From Candidatus Latescibacterota bacterium (GTDB lineage: Bacteria; Latescibacterota; UBA2968; UBA8231): DNA of 64,000 nt. Under the pieces are notes generated by a model. The model saw nothing but the letters and a program-made list of their open reading frames with translations, had not been told where the DNA came from and made no database searches. Below are positions 18,869 through 29,224 of this stretch, in pieces. The first letter of the stretch is position 1. Every line of letters begins with the position of its first letter. Where the stretch lies: contig CBDFJF010000002.1 in assembly GCA_965248265.1 (NCBI GenBank), positions 224,001 through 288,000 of the forward strand, written 5' to 3'. The position numbers and the translations under genes are program-made.

Positions 18869-21745
18869 ATGAACGATAGATTGGAAGCGGCACAGCCGTA
18901 CGACGGGTCTCGTATCACCAGGCTGACCGAAGTCCCGCCTTCATACAACCTCTCCCATGCCGAGGATGGCATGATCGGCCCGCCGCCGTACGAGTTCAAC
19001 GGCGTGACGATGCGGTTCTTTCCGCTGCGCGCCAAGCTGAGCCGCCTGCAAAGCTTCTGCGACAGGTACCTGAACCTCATGCCCCCGGAGATTGCCGAGT
19101 TTCGCCCCTCCCTCCCGTACGTGTTTCTACAGCTGATCAACTACGGCGAGATGACCGGTCAGATGCAGCGCGGCGGCTGGGTCTCTCAGAACGAGCTCGT
19201 GTTCTCGATCTTCCTCGACTGGTTCCGGCTCGACAACGGCAAGTACGTCTTCGAGCGGACGGCCGCCGTTGCGCCGTTTATCCTCGTCGACCAGGTGGCA
19301 TCGCAGGCCACGGGCAGGGAGATCTTCGGTTGGCCCAAGACCCAGGGCTGGCTCGGCGAGTTCGATGTTCACGGTCACTCACCCGCTCAGCGGCGGCATC
19401 CCCTGATCCGGGTCAAGTCGAATGTGTTCCCGCAGGTCTTCGAGGGCAGCCGCATGGAGAAGGAGGTGATCCTCGAGATAGATTACGACGAGCCACCGAA
19501 CCTGACACAGTGGCCGCCAAATCGCTGGAGTCCGTTCAACCCGTTTGTCGCCGTCTCCGAGGCGATTCTCAACGGTGCCGCAATCTGGGACCGGTTCGTG
19601 GGCTTGGCGGCGGGCGCCTCGATGGGCGGGTTGATGCAGAATCTGGATTCCATCCCCGCCAGGCTCTCACAGTTGTTCGAGAGCTTTCGATCCCTGTCGC
19701 CCCCGACTGCAAACACCGTGAACCTGAAACAGTTCCGGGATGGCTATTTCCCGGATGCCGTCTGCTACCAGGCCATCGTCAACAGCCAGCTGCAGCTCGT
19801 CGACTTCAACGCCGGTGGCATGCTCGGCGACGAGAACCTGCTTCGGGGAGACCCCAGTGCCGGCTTCCAGATTCGCATTCACGACTACCCCACACTGCCG
19901 GTTCTGAACACCCTGGGCATCGAGGCCGATGCGGTCGAGTATGGAGCGCCCGAGGTCGCGGTGCTGAAGCCGGACTTTCCGTTCTGGGCCGACGTCAACA
20001 TGCGTTACGTGGCGGGTGAGAACGTATGCTGGCGTACCCGGCATTTCACCGGGTGGTGGTCGAAACCGAATGGAGAGTTGGACTACAAAGAAAACCCCAA
20101 GGAGAGGCCCGAAGACATATTTTCCTACAACACCGCTCGAGGCGCGGCCGCGATCTCCCTGCCCGGGCCGTTTCGCTTCCCGAACGCGACCGTCCTCGTG
20201 CTGCCACTGCTGGCCAGCAAGGAGAAGATGTCGGAATTCGTCGACAAATACCTCAACGACGCAGAAGAGGAGCTGCGCTTCGAGGTGTTCGGCACCTACG
20301 TCTATCTTCTGATCTGGACCTACGACGGGGTGTGGTCCAAAACCGATGATATCGGCAAGTGGGCGACGCGAGAGATCCGGTTCTCGATCCCGGTTAAGCG
20401 TTACAAGAAAGTGGGCGAAAACTGGGTTCTGGCCAGCGCGGGCATGGTTTCTCCCTTCGCCTACAACGACGGAGAGATTGCCACGACGATCGGCCGAGAG
20501 CAGTACGGATGGCCGACCGTACAGAGCGTCATCCGCTCGCAAGGAGATGGTGCCCTAGAGTTGGGCGGAGCAGGTCAGCACGGTCGGGACCACCAAACCC
20601 TTATGCAGCTCGAGGTGCCGACTCTTTCGTCTCTGACGATGGGTCAGGAGATGCGGCTCAGCCGGCTCATGGATATCGTACAAGGCGATTTGCCTCTCGC
20701 CGAGGAAAGCGACAAGTGGAGCGCTGTGACCGAGTCGTGGGGCCGCGAGTTGAAGAAGGAACTTGAACGCAAGCAGCAGGCTCTCGAAGGCGAGGCCCTG
20801 GACCGACTTCGCAAGCTGCTGACTCTGGGGCTGGAGCCGCTGGCGCACAAGACCCCGATCAACGAGTTCTCACTGAAGCAGTTCAGGGACGCTGAGGAGC
20901 CCGACAAGGCCTGCTTCCAGTCGATCGTTCAGACCCCATTCGTGATCGAGAGATTACACGATCTGCGCGAGATAGAGTCCCAGATGCACGTCCACCTCTA
21001 CCGGTCAGAGAGCCAGCCGATCATGCAGAAGCTGTGGCTGAGTCACAAGCTGTGTGACTCAGCCGATGGCGTCGTCTACAGCCTGGAGCCAATCCGACCC
21101 TTCGTGATGCGGCTAGACCTCAGGGTGGACGAAGGCATCGATATCTGGGCCAAGACGGTCGGCCGAAAAAACCTGGTGCCGGAGGGAGCGCCAACTGAAC
21201 CCCCGCCCGCTAGCTATTTTGACGATGAGCACGAAGGGATAAATGTGGGTCTCGGAGCCCTGCAGGGTCTCGTCCCACCAGAGCCGGTCATGGAACACTG
21301 GGGTGATTTGTCGGACAGCCAGGACAGCAAGGCTTGCCAGGTTGCCGGTCACGCCAAGGATTGGGCGTCCAATACGCGAGAGCGCCTGTCGGTAGAGGGA
21401 GCCAGGGACGCCATGGAGCCCCATCCGGGAACCGAGGACGCCGCGTTAGATGCAGCCAAGTACGTGGAGCCGCAAATGGCAATCGAGTGCATTCTCAGCG
21501 CCGAGTGGGGTCACACCGACCGCGGAACGACCTCGCGACGCACTCTCCGCAGCGATCTCGAAGGGGACCCCTATCCCGCCAGACAGAAGCCCTGCTTCTG
21601 CGTGCGACGAGACTCCGTCGGGAAGTCGTGTGCCAAAGAGCTGTTCGGTAAGCGGGCCAAAAACGACAACGCCTACAGGCTGTCCGCTGCCGAACTTGGC
21701 TGGTACCCGGGTGAGGAACCTCCCGCAAGTACCCCTGCTTCCTGA
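18869..21745 (+). CDS. Tandem acetoacetate-decarboxylase-like domain protein
   Basis: Two repeats, GREIFGWPK...LKQFRD and GREQYGWPT...LKQFRD. Confidence 0.7.
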   Translation: MNDRLEAAQPYDGSRITRLTEVPPSYNLSHAEDGMIGPPPYEFNGVTMRFFPLRAKLSRLQSFCDRYLNLMPPEIAEFRPSLPYVFLQLINYGEMTGQMQRGGWVSQNELVFSIFLDWFRLDNGKYVFERTAAVAPFILVDQVASQATGREIFGWPKTQGWLGEFDVHGHSPAQRRHPLIRVKSNVFPQVFEGSRMEKEVILEIDYDEPPNLTQWPPNRWSPFNPFVAVSEAILNGAAIWDRFVGLAAGASMGGLMQNLDSIPARLSQLFESFRSLSPPTANTVNLKQFRDGYFPDAVCYQAIVNSQLQLVDFNAGGMLGDENLLRGDPSAGFQIRIHDYPTLPVLNTLGIEADAVEYGAPEVAVLKPDFPFWADVNMRYVAGENVCWRTRHFTGWWSKPNGELDYKENPKERPEDIFSYNTARGAAAISLPGPFRFPNATVLVLPLLASKEKMSEFVDKYLNDAEEELRFEVFGTYVYLLIWTYDGVWSKTDDIGKWATREIRFSIPVKRYKKVGENWVLASAGMVSPFAYNDGEIATTIGREQYGWPTVQSVIRSQGDGALELGGAGQHGRDHQTLMQLEVPTLSSLTMGQEMRLSRLMDIVQGDLPLAEESDKWSAVTESWGRELKKELERKQQALEGEALDRLRKLLTLGLEPLAHKTPINEFSLKQFRDAEEPDKACFQSIVQTPFVIERLHDLREIESQMHVHLYRSESQPIMQKLWLSHKLCDSADGVVYSLEPIRPFVMRLDLRVDEGIDIWAKTVGRKNLVPEGAPTEPPPASYFDDEHEGINVGLGALQGLVPPEPVMEHWGDLSDSQDSKACQVAGHAKDWASNTRERLSVEGARDAMEPHPGTEDAALDAAKYVEPQMAIECILSAEWGHTDRGTTSRRTLRSDLEGDPYPARQKPCFCVRRDSVGKSCAKELFGKRAKNDNAYRLSAAELGWYPGEEPPASTPAS

Positions 21746-21872
21746 GCACGACCAGTGCCGGCCCTATGAGGCGCTGCCGGACATGCCGTAGATGCGAACG
21801 GAAGTGATCTTGCCATCCTTCAGTTGGCACATGTGCACTTTGGCTTCCGAACCATCATAGGAGCACTCCTTA

Positions 21873-23243
21873 ATGCCAGCAATCAAAATCATGTGCCTCG
21901 GTGGGGGCAGTCTCTACTTTCGCCAGGTACTGGGCAACTTCGTGCTCGAAGAGGAACTGGCCGGATCGGACATCGTCCTCTACGACATCGATGCCGAAAA
22001 GGCTGAGCTCATGGCCGGGTTGGGTCGCCGCCTCAATGAAATGGCCGGAGGCAGCCTCAACATCACCTCCACCGGCGATCCGGACGAGGCCGTCGATGGC
22101 GCCGACTATGCCCTTTCCTCTATCGGCGGCAGTGGCGCCGAGATCGTGCGCGGCGTGCATGGCTCGTACTACCACAGCGCCGATTTGCATATCTGTGCCA
22201 AATACGGGATTCAGCTGGCCATCGGTGACACGGCAGGGCCGGCCGGCATGATGATGGGGCTGCGTTCGATCCCCGCTCACATCGACATCTGCCGGCGCAT
22301 GGAGAAGCGCTGCCCGGATGTCGTGTTCCTGAACCACTCAAATCCCATGGCGACGATCATGCGAGCGCTGCACAAGTACTCGGGCATCAAGTCGTACGGC
22401 TTGTGTCACGGTGTGCAGCATGGCATCGGCGCGGCGGCGAAATTGCTCGAGCTGCCAGCGGCAGAGCTGGAATGCAGATGGATTGGCACCAATCATTACT
22501 ACTGGTTCACGAGCGTCAACCATCGTGGCCGGGACGTGTTGCCTGAGCTCGTGAGGCGCACCCACGAATGCGAGCCTCCCGTGGACCATGCCATGACCGC
22601 GGCCTTGTCCGACGTGTATGGACACCGCATCGTGTACCCGGACGACGGTCACATCCTTGAATTCTACCCATTCGCCACTCACGTCGGTGTGAGGGAGGAA
22701 CTCCCTTACAACATGGCCGATTCGGCACGGCGTCACGGCTTCGATGCGTCTGATCCGATGCCGGTGAAACAGGAGCCGACCCCCGAGTTGCGATCCTCGT
22801 TTCTGGCAGACTATCAGAAGCTTCTGGACGAGACCCAGCTGCCGGAAGTGAAGGAGGATTCGCGCTCTGGTGAAGGTCCCGCGCAGATCATCACGGCGAT
22901 GGCTACCGGTCAGCGGATGATCTGTATCGTTAACACCGCGAACGACGGTGCGATTCCCAACCTGCCAATGACCGCCGAGGTAGAGGTCGAGGCGATCACC
23001 GAGACCCGTGGCGTCCGTGCCCTTGTCATGGGAGTGGCACCCATGGTTCTGAGGGGGATTCTCGAAAAACGATTTGTCTGGCAGGAACTGGTCGCCGACG
23101 CCGCCGTACATGGAGATCGCAGCAAGGCCATGCAGGCCATGATGGTCGATGAAATGGCGATCGAACCGGCCAGAGCAGAAGCCCTGCTCGGTGAACTGCT
23201 GCTGGCCTCGCGGGACTTGCTGCCGAAGCAGTTCTTCAACTGA
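21873..23243 (+). CDS. Family 4 glycoside hydrolase (NAD-dependent)
   Basis: GGGS, LYDID, GDTAGPAG, HSNP, GLCHG. Confidence 0.9.
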   Translation: MPAIKIMCLGGGSLYFRQVLGNFVLEEELAGSDIVLYDIDAEKAELMAGLGRRLNEMAGGSLNITSTGDPDEAVDGADYALSSIGGSGAEIVRGVHGSYYHSADLHICAKYGIQLAIGDTAGPAGMMMGLRSIPAHIDICRRMEKRCPDVVFLNHSNPMATIMRALHKYSGIKSYGLCHGVQHGIGAAAKLLELPAAELECRWIGTNHYYWFTSVNHRGRDVLPELVRRTHECEPPVDHAMTAALSDVYGHRIVYPDDGHILEFYPFATHVGVREELPYNMADSARRHGFDASDPMPVKQEPTPELRSSFLADYQKLLDETQLPEVKEDSRSGEGPAQIITAMATGQRMICIVNTANDGAIPNLPMTAEVEVEAITETRGVRALVMGVAPMVLRGILEKRFVWQELVADAAVHGDRSKAMQAMMVDEMAIEPARAEALLGELLLASRDLLPKQFFN

Positions 23244-23247
23244 TACG

Positions 23248-24309
23248 TCAGGCGTAGACCGACTGAATCATGGCGTTGATATAGCCGAAGCAGTAGGCAT
23301 GCGACTGGTGAGTGCCGCCGGGATCGTCGGCGCAGTGTGGAACGTGGTCGGGATCGATGCCGTAACAGTAGTCGACGTCTTTGAGGGCTCTCAAGACGCG
23401 GACGAAGTCCATGTCTCCCTCATCAGGCAGAGCTTCGCGGAAGCTGTAGCGCTTGCCGATGATGTTGCGGTAGTGAACGAGGAAAATGGTATCGCGACTG
23501 CCGAAATACTCGATAAACGGGTAGATCTCCGTGGCTGGATCTTCGAGCATTTCGCCGATCGAGCCGACGCAGAAATTCCAGCCGTGATAAAGACTGCGTT
23601 GAATCTCGATAAAGCGCTTCATGCCCTCAAAGTCGTTGAGGACTTTGTCCACGCCCTTATAGCCGGGAGGCGTGGGCGGGTCTTCCTGGGAATTGCCCAG
23701 TCGCACCTTGAACTCCTCTGCCACCGGAATCATGCGCTCCAGCAGGTACTCAATTCGCTCCCAGTGCATTTCTGCCGTAACCCGTCCGGCATCGGTCAGC
23801 GTCGCCTGGTCCTCATCGGAGATTTTGTCCAGGCGGAGGGCGGTGTGGAAATTGGCTCCACGACCCTCTTCCTGTTCCGTGCGGTCGATGTTCAGGATGC
23901 ATGTGTTGTACCGCAGAGAGTCGATGCCGGCGCGTGAAGCGGTTCGGATCATCTCGCACACCAGATCGATTTCCCGATCACGCTCCGGGCTCTTGCCGTA
24001 GTAGATGATGTTGGGAAATTGCTCGTAGATCGGTATGGAACTCATGTCCAGCGTCAGACCGAAGGCTTCGAAGCGTTCTCTCACCCGCAGCAAGTCGTCG
24101 AGATCCCAACCGCGGTCAGGGTGGAACGGAAAAACGCCACCCTTGTGACGCACACCGCACCGCTGCAAGAAGCGCAAATCAGAATCAGTGGTTCCAAAAT
24201 TCTGGGTCCGGACGTACATGCGCGCGCCATTCGTGGATGGTGTTGAGCTACGTCCGGCGGCAGATCCTGCGGCCTCACCATCCGCGAGACCCTTTTCGAA
24301 TTCCTTCAT
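23248..24309 (-). CDS. Mannonate dehydratase-like (UxuA family)
   Basis: IPVAEEFKVRL..QEDPP, NFCVGS, DEGDMD, PDHVP. Confidence 0.8.
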   Translation of the reverse strand: MKEFEKGLADGEAAGSAAGRSSTPSTNGARMYVRTQNFGTTDSDLRFLQRCGVRHKGGVFPFHPDRGWDLDDLLRVRERFEAFGLTLDMSSIPIYEQFPNIIYYGKSPERDREIDLVCEMIRTASRAGIDSLRYNTCILNIDRTEQEEGRGANFHTALRLDKISDEDQATLTDAGRVTAEMHWERIEYLLERMIPVAEEFKVRLGNSQEDPPTPPGYKGVDKVLNDFEGMKRFIEIQRSLYHGWNFCVGSIGEMLEDPATEIYPFIEYFGSRDTIFLVHYRNIIGKRYSFREALPDEGDMDFVRVLRALKDVDYCYGIDPDHVPHCADDPGGTHQSHAYCFGYINAMIQSVYA

Positions 24310-24355
24310 GCGATTCCCTAGTCTCTCGTCATTTGTGTCTATCCGTCATTTGTGT

Positions 24356-25357
24356 TTATTCCAGGTTCGACCAGTCGAAGATAACTCCGATGGTTTCCGC
24401 TCGGTTCTCCAGCAGGTTGGCGTAGACCTCAGGCGCCTCTGACGGCGAGTGACGCGAGGTGATCAAGTCGTCGGTGCGCATCTGGCCGCGTTCGAGGTAG
24501 GTGTGGAACAGCCGCGTCTGTCGCACGCTGGACCAGTCTTCAAGATGAGGCGCGAGTTTTTCATTGTGCGTTCCGCGGATGTTGACCTGCCGCGTCAGGA
24601 CGTCGGCCGTCAATATCTGTTTGCTAGGATGCGGTGAATCGCCGGTGAGCATGAGCGTTCCGAACTGGCGTGCCAAGCGCAGCCCCATGGGCAGCACGGA
24701 GTAGTGTCCGGTCGCGTCAAAGACAACGTCAGCAAGGACACCGTCGGTGTGGCTTTCGACGAAGGCTCCGGCATCGGCGGCGCTACCGGCGAAGGTCCGC
24801 GTGGCGCCGTGGGCGAGTGCGACTTCCAGCCGGCTGTCGATCGTGTCAATGACGATCACTTCGCTGGCACCCATCAGGCGACAGTACTGAGTCAGGAGTT
24901 GGCCAAGCGGGCCGGCTCCGATGATGACGATGAGGGCGCCCATGTCGAGCTCGGCGCGGCGAACACTGGTCTGCGTGATGGTCGCCAGCTTTGACCAGGA
25001 GGCCGCTTCGTCGCTCACCCCATCCGGTATCTTGACTGCCCCACCCAAAACGGCCGCGTATTGACGGTGATTGCTGGTAGTGAAAACGCGATCTCCGATG
25101 TCGAATCCTTCTGTACCCTTCCCGAGTTCCACGACGGTACCCACATTGCTGTAGCCCAGGTAAAACGGGTACTTGACCCAACCTTGCCAGTGGCTTCCAT
25201 CATCCATCTCGCTGCGATAGCAGATGGTCTCCGTTCCAGTGCTGATCAGGCTCAGACGTGTCTGTACCAGAAGGCCACCCACGGGAGCTTCCGGTGCTGG
25301 CTCGGCTTTCAGTTCCACCTGCTGCTTACCCGTCAGGACGATGTTGGCTGATTCCAT
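24356..25357 (-). CDS. Medium-chain (zinc-binding family) dehydrogenase
   Basis: SLISTGTE, LGYSNVG, IIGAGPLG, DVVFDATG. Confidence 0.85.
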   Translation of the reverse strand: MESANIVLTGKQQVELKAEPAPEAPVGGLLVQTRLSLISTGTETICYRSEMDDGSHWQGWVKYPFYLGYSNVGTVVELGKGTEGFDIGDRVFTTSNHRQYAAVLGGAVKIPDGVSDEAASWSKLATITQTSVRRAELDMGALIVIIGAGPLGQLLTQYCRLMGASEVIVIDTIDSRLEVALAHGATRTFAGSAADAGAFVESHTDGVLADVVFDATGHYSVLPMGLRLARQFGTLMLTGDSPHPSKQILTADVLTRQVNIRGTHNEKLAPHLEDWSSVRQTRLFHTYLERGQMRTDDLITSRHSPSEAPEVYANLLENRAETIGVIFDWSNLE

Positions 25358-25369
25358 GGTGACTCCGTG

Positions 25370-25494
25370 GGGATGGCGAATTGCGTCGCTGATGGCTTCC
25401 GCTCGAAGGAGACGCTCTCCGTAGTTCTACGGATATCGCTCCGCCCTGAATCTCGGTATACTATAGCGACCCTTGGGATGGCGAATCGCGTCGC
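25370..25494. repeat. 20-bp direct repeat pair in a divergent intergenic region
   Basis: GGGATGGCGAAT(T/C)GCGTCGC at 25370-25389 and 25475-25494. Confidence 0.6.
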
Positions 25495-25564
25495 GCGATC
25501 TCACTTGAGTTGCGAAGGCGACAGGCATGATGACCCCAGCACAGCGACATCGAGGCCAGCGCCG

Positions 25565-25948
25565 GTGGCAGTGATACTGGTAGTAGATGATTCCCCCATG
25601 ATTCTGAAGGCGGCGAAGGCGCTGCTGAGCAGAAAGGGACACGAAGTGCGTGTCGTCGGCGTCATCAAGAGTGCCCTCATCCGGATTGAGGGGGAGCCGT
25701 TCGACCTCATCATAATGGATCTAAATCTGCCCGACCTGCGAGGCGATGACGCCATTGAGATAATCCGCAGACAAATGAAAGTCGATGTGCCGATCATCGT
25801 TCTGTCGGGAGAAATCAAAACTGAAGTCATGGTGAGACTGAAGGCACTGGGCATCTCTGCCTTCGTGGCCAAGTCGGCCGACTTTATCAGCAGGCTCAGC
25901 GAAGAGGTAGACAAGGTCCTCTCCCCGCAACCGAGCATCGACAGCTGA
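25565..25948 (+). CDS. Single-domain response regulator receiver
   Basis: ILVVDD, DLIIMDLNLP, IIVLS, FVAK; GTG start inferred. Confidence 0.85.
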   Translation: MAVILVVDDSPMILKAAKALLSRKGHEVRVVGVIKSALIRIEGEPFDLIIMDLNLPDLRGDDAIEIIRRQMKVDVPIIVLSGEIKTEVMVRLKALGISAFVAKSADFISRLSEEVDKVLSPQPSIDS

Positions 25949-25951
25949 ACG

Positions 25952-27718
25952 TCAGGCTTGCTGTACCATTCGCCGCCGAGCCCTTGCTACGGCGCGTTGC
26001 GATGACTCATCGACCGTAAACATCTCTAGTTCATCAAAATCTTCCGATTGCTCCGGTCTGATGGCTACGTCCGTGTACTCACTCTTTAACGGATCCCTCT
26101 CCACACGCTTTTGGATGCGATAATATTTCCAATACAGTTTTGCAAAGCGTCCAAGTTTGTAAATCAGTTCCCATGCGTAGCGAGGATAGAAGGAAAACAC
26201 GCTCTCCAGTGGCATGCCCGGACGCCTTTCGGTACGGTGTTTGCAGCGTACAAGACCACCCTGCAGAGGATGCAGAGCCTCGATGATCTGGCAACCATAA
26301 AACCAACTGGCCCAGTTGGTGATCCTGTCGGCTTTCGTACCCATGGCCACCGTGCGCCGCATCAAGGTCTCGACATGCTCGTCGGTGTAGTAGGTATCCC
26401 AAGCCAATTGGTAGGTTTCAAAAAACTCCTTGCGAGACATGTTGGGATGATCGGTACAGACATGCTCTAAATCATACTTGTTCAAGTCCGGATCCATCGA
26501 AACGCCCTTGGCATCCAACACCTGATGGTCTTCGGAGCCAGGCAAAGGGGTAAGGCAGAAGAATTCAAGGATATCGATGGGCAACTCGCGCTTCAGTATT
26601 TCGATATCCCGCAGGACCCGCTCCTGGGTATCGCCGGGGAAGCCGACGATATAGCCGCAAAAGACCGTCACCTGAGACCGCTTCCAAGCCTGGAGCATGG
26701 CGCGATATTCGGTGATCTTGTTCTGCCCCTTTTTGGCCGCTTTCAGGTTGTCCGGATTGATGTTTTCCAATCCAATGAAAGCCCGGTTTACGCCGGCGCG
26801 TCTCGCCTTTTCAATAAAATTTGGAATCTTGTGGCAGAGCGTATCTACTTGAATGATCAACTTTACTCCGATGCCGGTTTCCTCGCACACCTCGATAATG
26901 CGATCGAAGATCGCCTCCCAGTTCTTGTTGCGGGCAAAGTTGTCGTCAGTGATGAAAAAACGAATAACGCCCTGGGCGAGGTTTTCTCTGAGAATCTTTT
27001 CAATGTCGTCGGCGGTGCGATAGCGTGACTTGCGACCCTGCACATTGATGATGGTGCAAAAGCTGCACTGAAACGGACAACCCCTTCCACTATCAAAACT
27101 GCTGCGCGCACTCCGCGTCCGCTTGATTCTTTGCCTGGACAAGAATGGGATCGGGACCTCCTCCAATCCCGGTAAATCGTCGGCATAATCGTAATAAGAT
27201 TTCAAGCGGTCTTGGTAGGCGTCTTTTAGAACCTCTCCGAGCCGGCCTTCGGCCTCACCTGTGAAAATGGAGACGCCCAGATCCATTGCACGCTGAATTT
27301 CGGGCCGTACCCCAGGCAACATGGTCTGACACCCACTTACGTGGAAACCGCCGATACAAACCTGCACGCCGCCCGCCCGGAGGGTGCGGGCGATATCCAT
27401 GGCTCTTGGATATTGGTTCGATTGCACGCCGACAAGGGCTACCAAACCATTACCGCCAGCTTGTCCAATCGTGCGAATTATTTCTTCGGGTTTAACACGG
27501 GTGTTTAGTTCGTCGATGGGGTGCAGGACGAGCTCGACATCGTCTCCCAGAAGATTCTGGTCAATGAGGTCGAGGGCGATCCCGTTTAACGCCGCCAAGC
27601 TGTTGGAGGGAATTTCCGACCGGAGCCACTGGACGATGTAGCCCTCGTCATCGTAGGTAGACGGTTTGACCATGTAAAAGTGCATGGTCTGAGGCGCCGC
27701 CTTGGTTTGTAACCTCAT
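25952..27718 (-). CDS. B12-binding radical SAM protein
   Basis: GGFHVSG, GRGCPFQCSFC, FITDDNF, FIGLE. Confidence 0.9.
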   Translation of the reverse strand: MRLQTKAAPQTMHFYMVKPSTYDDEGYIVQWLRSEIPSNSLAALNGIALDLIDQNLLGDDVELVLHPIDELNTRVKPEEIIRTIGQAGGNGLVALVGVQSNQYPRAMDIARTLRAGGVQVCIGGFHVSGCQTMLPGVRPEIQRAMDLGVSIFTGEAEGRLGEVLKDAYQDRLKSYYDYADDLPGLEEVPIPFLSRQRIKRTRSARSSFDSGRGCPFQCSFCTIINVQGRKSRYRTADDIEKILRENLAQGVIRFFITDDNFARNKNWEAIFDRIIEVCEETGIGVKLIIQVDTLCHKIPNFIEKARRAGVNRAFIGLENINPDNLKAAKKGQNKITEYRAMLQAWKRSQVTVFCGYIVGFPGDTQERVLRDIEILKRELPIDILEFFCLTPLPGSEDHQVLDAKGVSMDPDLNKYDLEHVCTDHPNMSRKEFFETYQLAWDTYYTDEHVETLMRRTVAMGTKADRITNWASWFYGCQIIEALHPLQGGLVRCKHRTERRPGMPLESVFSFYPRYAWELIYKLGRFAKLYWKYYRIQKRVERDPLKSEYTDVAIRPEQSEDFDELEMFTVDESSQRAVARARRRMVQQA

Positions 27719-27888
27719 GGTTGAGACTTCCTGATGGGGGAGGAAAGCCAAAACACGAGAATGGAAGACGCCGACAAGGCGCGGCGCGACCAAGTGCTCC
27801 CGATCGTCAATCTAATGCAGATCTCTCCAGGAACCTATATTGTCCGCCCAGTTATTTCAGTCTTAACCTATTGAGGAGGAGGAGTACG

Positions 27889-28914
27889 ATGCCTGTCTGT
27901 CTCGGGGCTTTTTCGCACTGCGAGGCCGCCTTAGGGGAGCATTCCCACCTGCGCTATCTTGCCCAGTTGGGAGTGGAGAAGGTGATCATGGCCGGTCACG
28001 ATCCAAACCTCAATCCGGGCGGCAAGGCCGGGGGGGACAAACCGGGTCTGGTATGGGACTACCTCAAACTCGTGGCCCTGGTCAACGACGTACAGGAAAT
28101 GGGCATGGAGCTGGGCGGTATAGAGATTGCCGGCCAGGCACAGTCCTTTGCCATGGAACATGTCTGGCTCGGCGGCCCCCTGCGGGACCAGCAGCTCGAT
28201 ACTATGGCCACCAACATCCGCCTCGCGGGCAAGGCTGGAATCACCCTCATCGCCTACCACTGGATGTGCAATCCACAGACCATGACCCCGGCATCCTGGC
28301 GTCATTCAAACGCGGTGCCCTGCCGCGGCGGATCGCTCACGTCCGCACTCGATATGGACCGGTTGGAGCCGATGCCGCTCTTGCGCGAGCGCGAATTCAG
28401 CCGCGAAGAGATGTGGGACAATTACCAATACTTTGCCCGAAAAATCGTGCCGGTGTGCGAAGAGGCGGGCGTGCGTATGGCCATTCACCCGGATGATCCG
28501 CCGGTGGAGAGCATGGGCGGCATGCCGCGGCTGTTCCACAACCTCGAAGGACACGTACGGGCTTTGGAGATCGGCAACAGTCCAATGTGGGGGATCAATC
28601 TGTGCCTGGGAAACTGGCAGGCCATGGGTATCGACCTCGACGAGGTGATCACGACCCTCGGCGGCGACAAGATCTTTCAGGGTCACGTGCAGGCGATCAA
28701 TGGTACTGTTCCAAGATTTGAAGAGACCTTCGTCGATCTCGGAGACTGCGACTTCCTTGCCGTTATCCGCTCGTTGAACCGGGCCGGCTGCAACGCCCAC
28801 CTGGCGCCGATACACTCGCCACGGGTCAGCGGCGATGAAGGGGGTCGCCAGGTCAACGCCTTTGATCTGGGTTATTTGCGCGCGTTGATTCAGACGGCTG
28901 CCAGAGAGGGCTAA
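27889..28914 (+). CDS. Mannonate dehydratase-like (UxuA family)
   Basis: VPVCEEAGVRMAIHPDDPP, GINLCLG; strong GGAGG RBS. Confidence 0.85.
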   Translation: MPVCLGAFSHCEAALGEHSHLRYLAQLGVEKVIMAGHDPNLNPGGKAGGDKPGLVWDYLKLVALVNDVQEMGMELGGIEIAGQAQSFAMEHVWLGGPLRDQQLDTMATNIRLAGKAGITLIAYHWMCNPQTMTPASWRHSNAVPCRGGSLTSALDMDRLEPMPLLREREFSREEMWDNYQYFARKIVPVCEEAGVRMAIHPDDPPVESMGGMPRLFHNLEGHVRALEIGNSPMWGINLCLGNWQAMGIDLDEVITTLGGDKIFQGHVQAINGTVPRFEETFVDLGDCDFLAVIRSLNRAGCNAHLAPIHSPRVSGDEGGRQVNAFDLGYLRALIQTAAREG

Positions 28915-28939
28915 CCGAGCTACTCAGGAGACACAACGC

Positions 28940-29215
28940 ATGGCGACCACAAGACACCCATACAGGGTTGGCATCATCGGCGTCGGACGCAAAGGTACAC
29001 AACACGCCCAGGCCTTCGCCGAGAACGGGCGCGCCGTGCTGGAGCTAGCCATTGCCCTGCGCGAGTCAGAACGCCGTGGCCTCACGCCCGTGAAGGTGCC
29101 GCTTGCCGACCGCAGCCTGCAGATATTGCCAGCTGCCAGCCGCATGTACTGGAAGAAGGAGGTCCATGGCGAGGAGTGGTACGCCGAACAGATGGCGAGC
29201 CAGAAGCGCGATTAG
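28940..29215 (+). pseudogene. Internally deleted Gfo/Idh/MocA oxidoreductase
   Basis: N-terminal YRVGIIGVGRKGTQHA joined in frame to C-terminal ENGRAVLELAIALRESERRG; only 91 aa. Confidence 0.7.
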
Positions 29216-29224
29216 GAGCGGCTT

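Noticed and set aside
24327-24355. Short tandem repeat CGTCATTTGTGT x2
   Set aside because: Small intergenic duplication with no other copies noticed.
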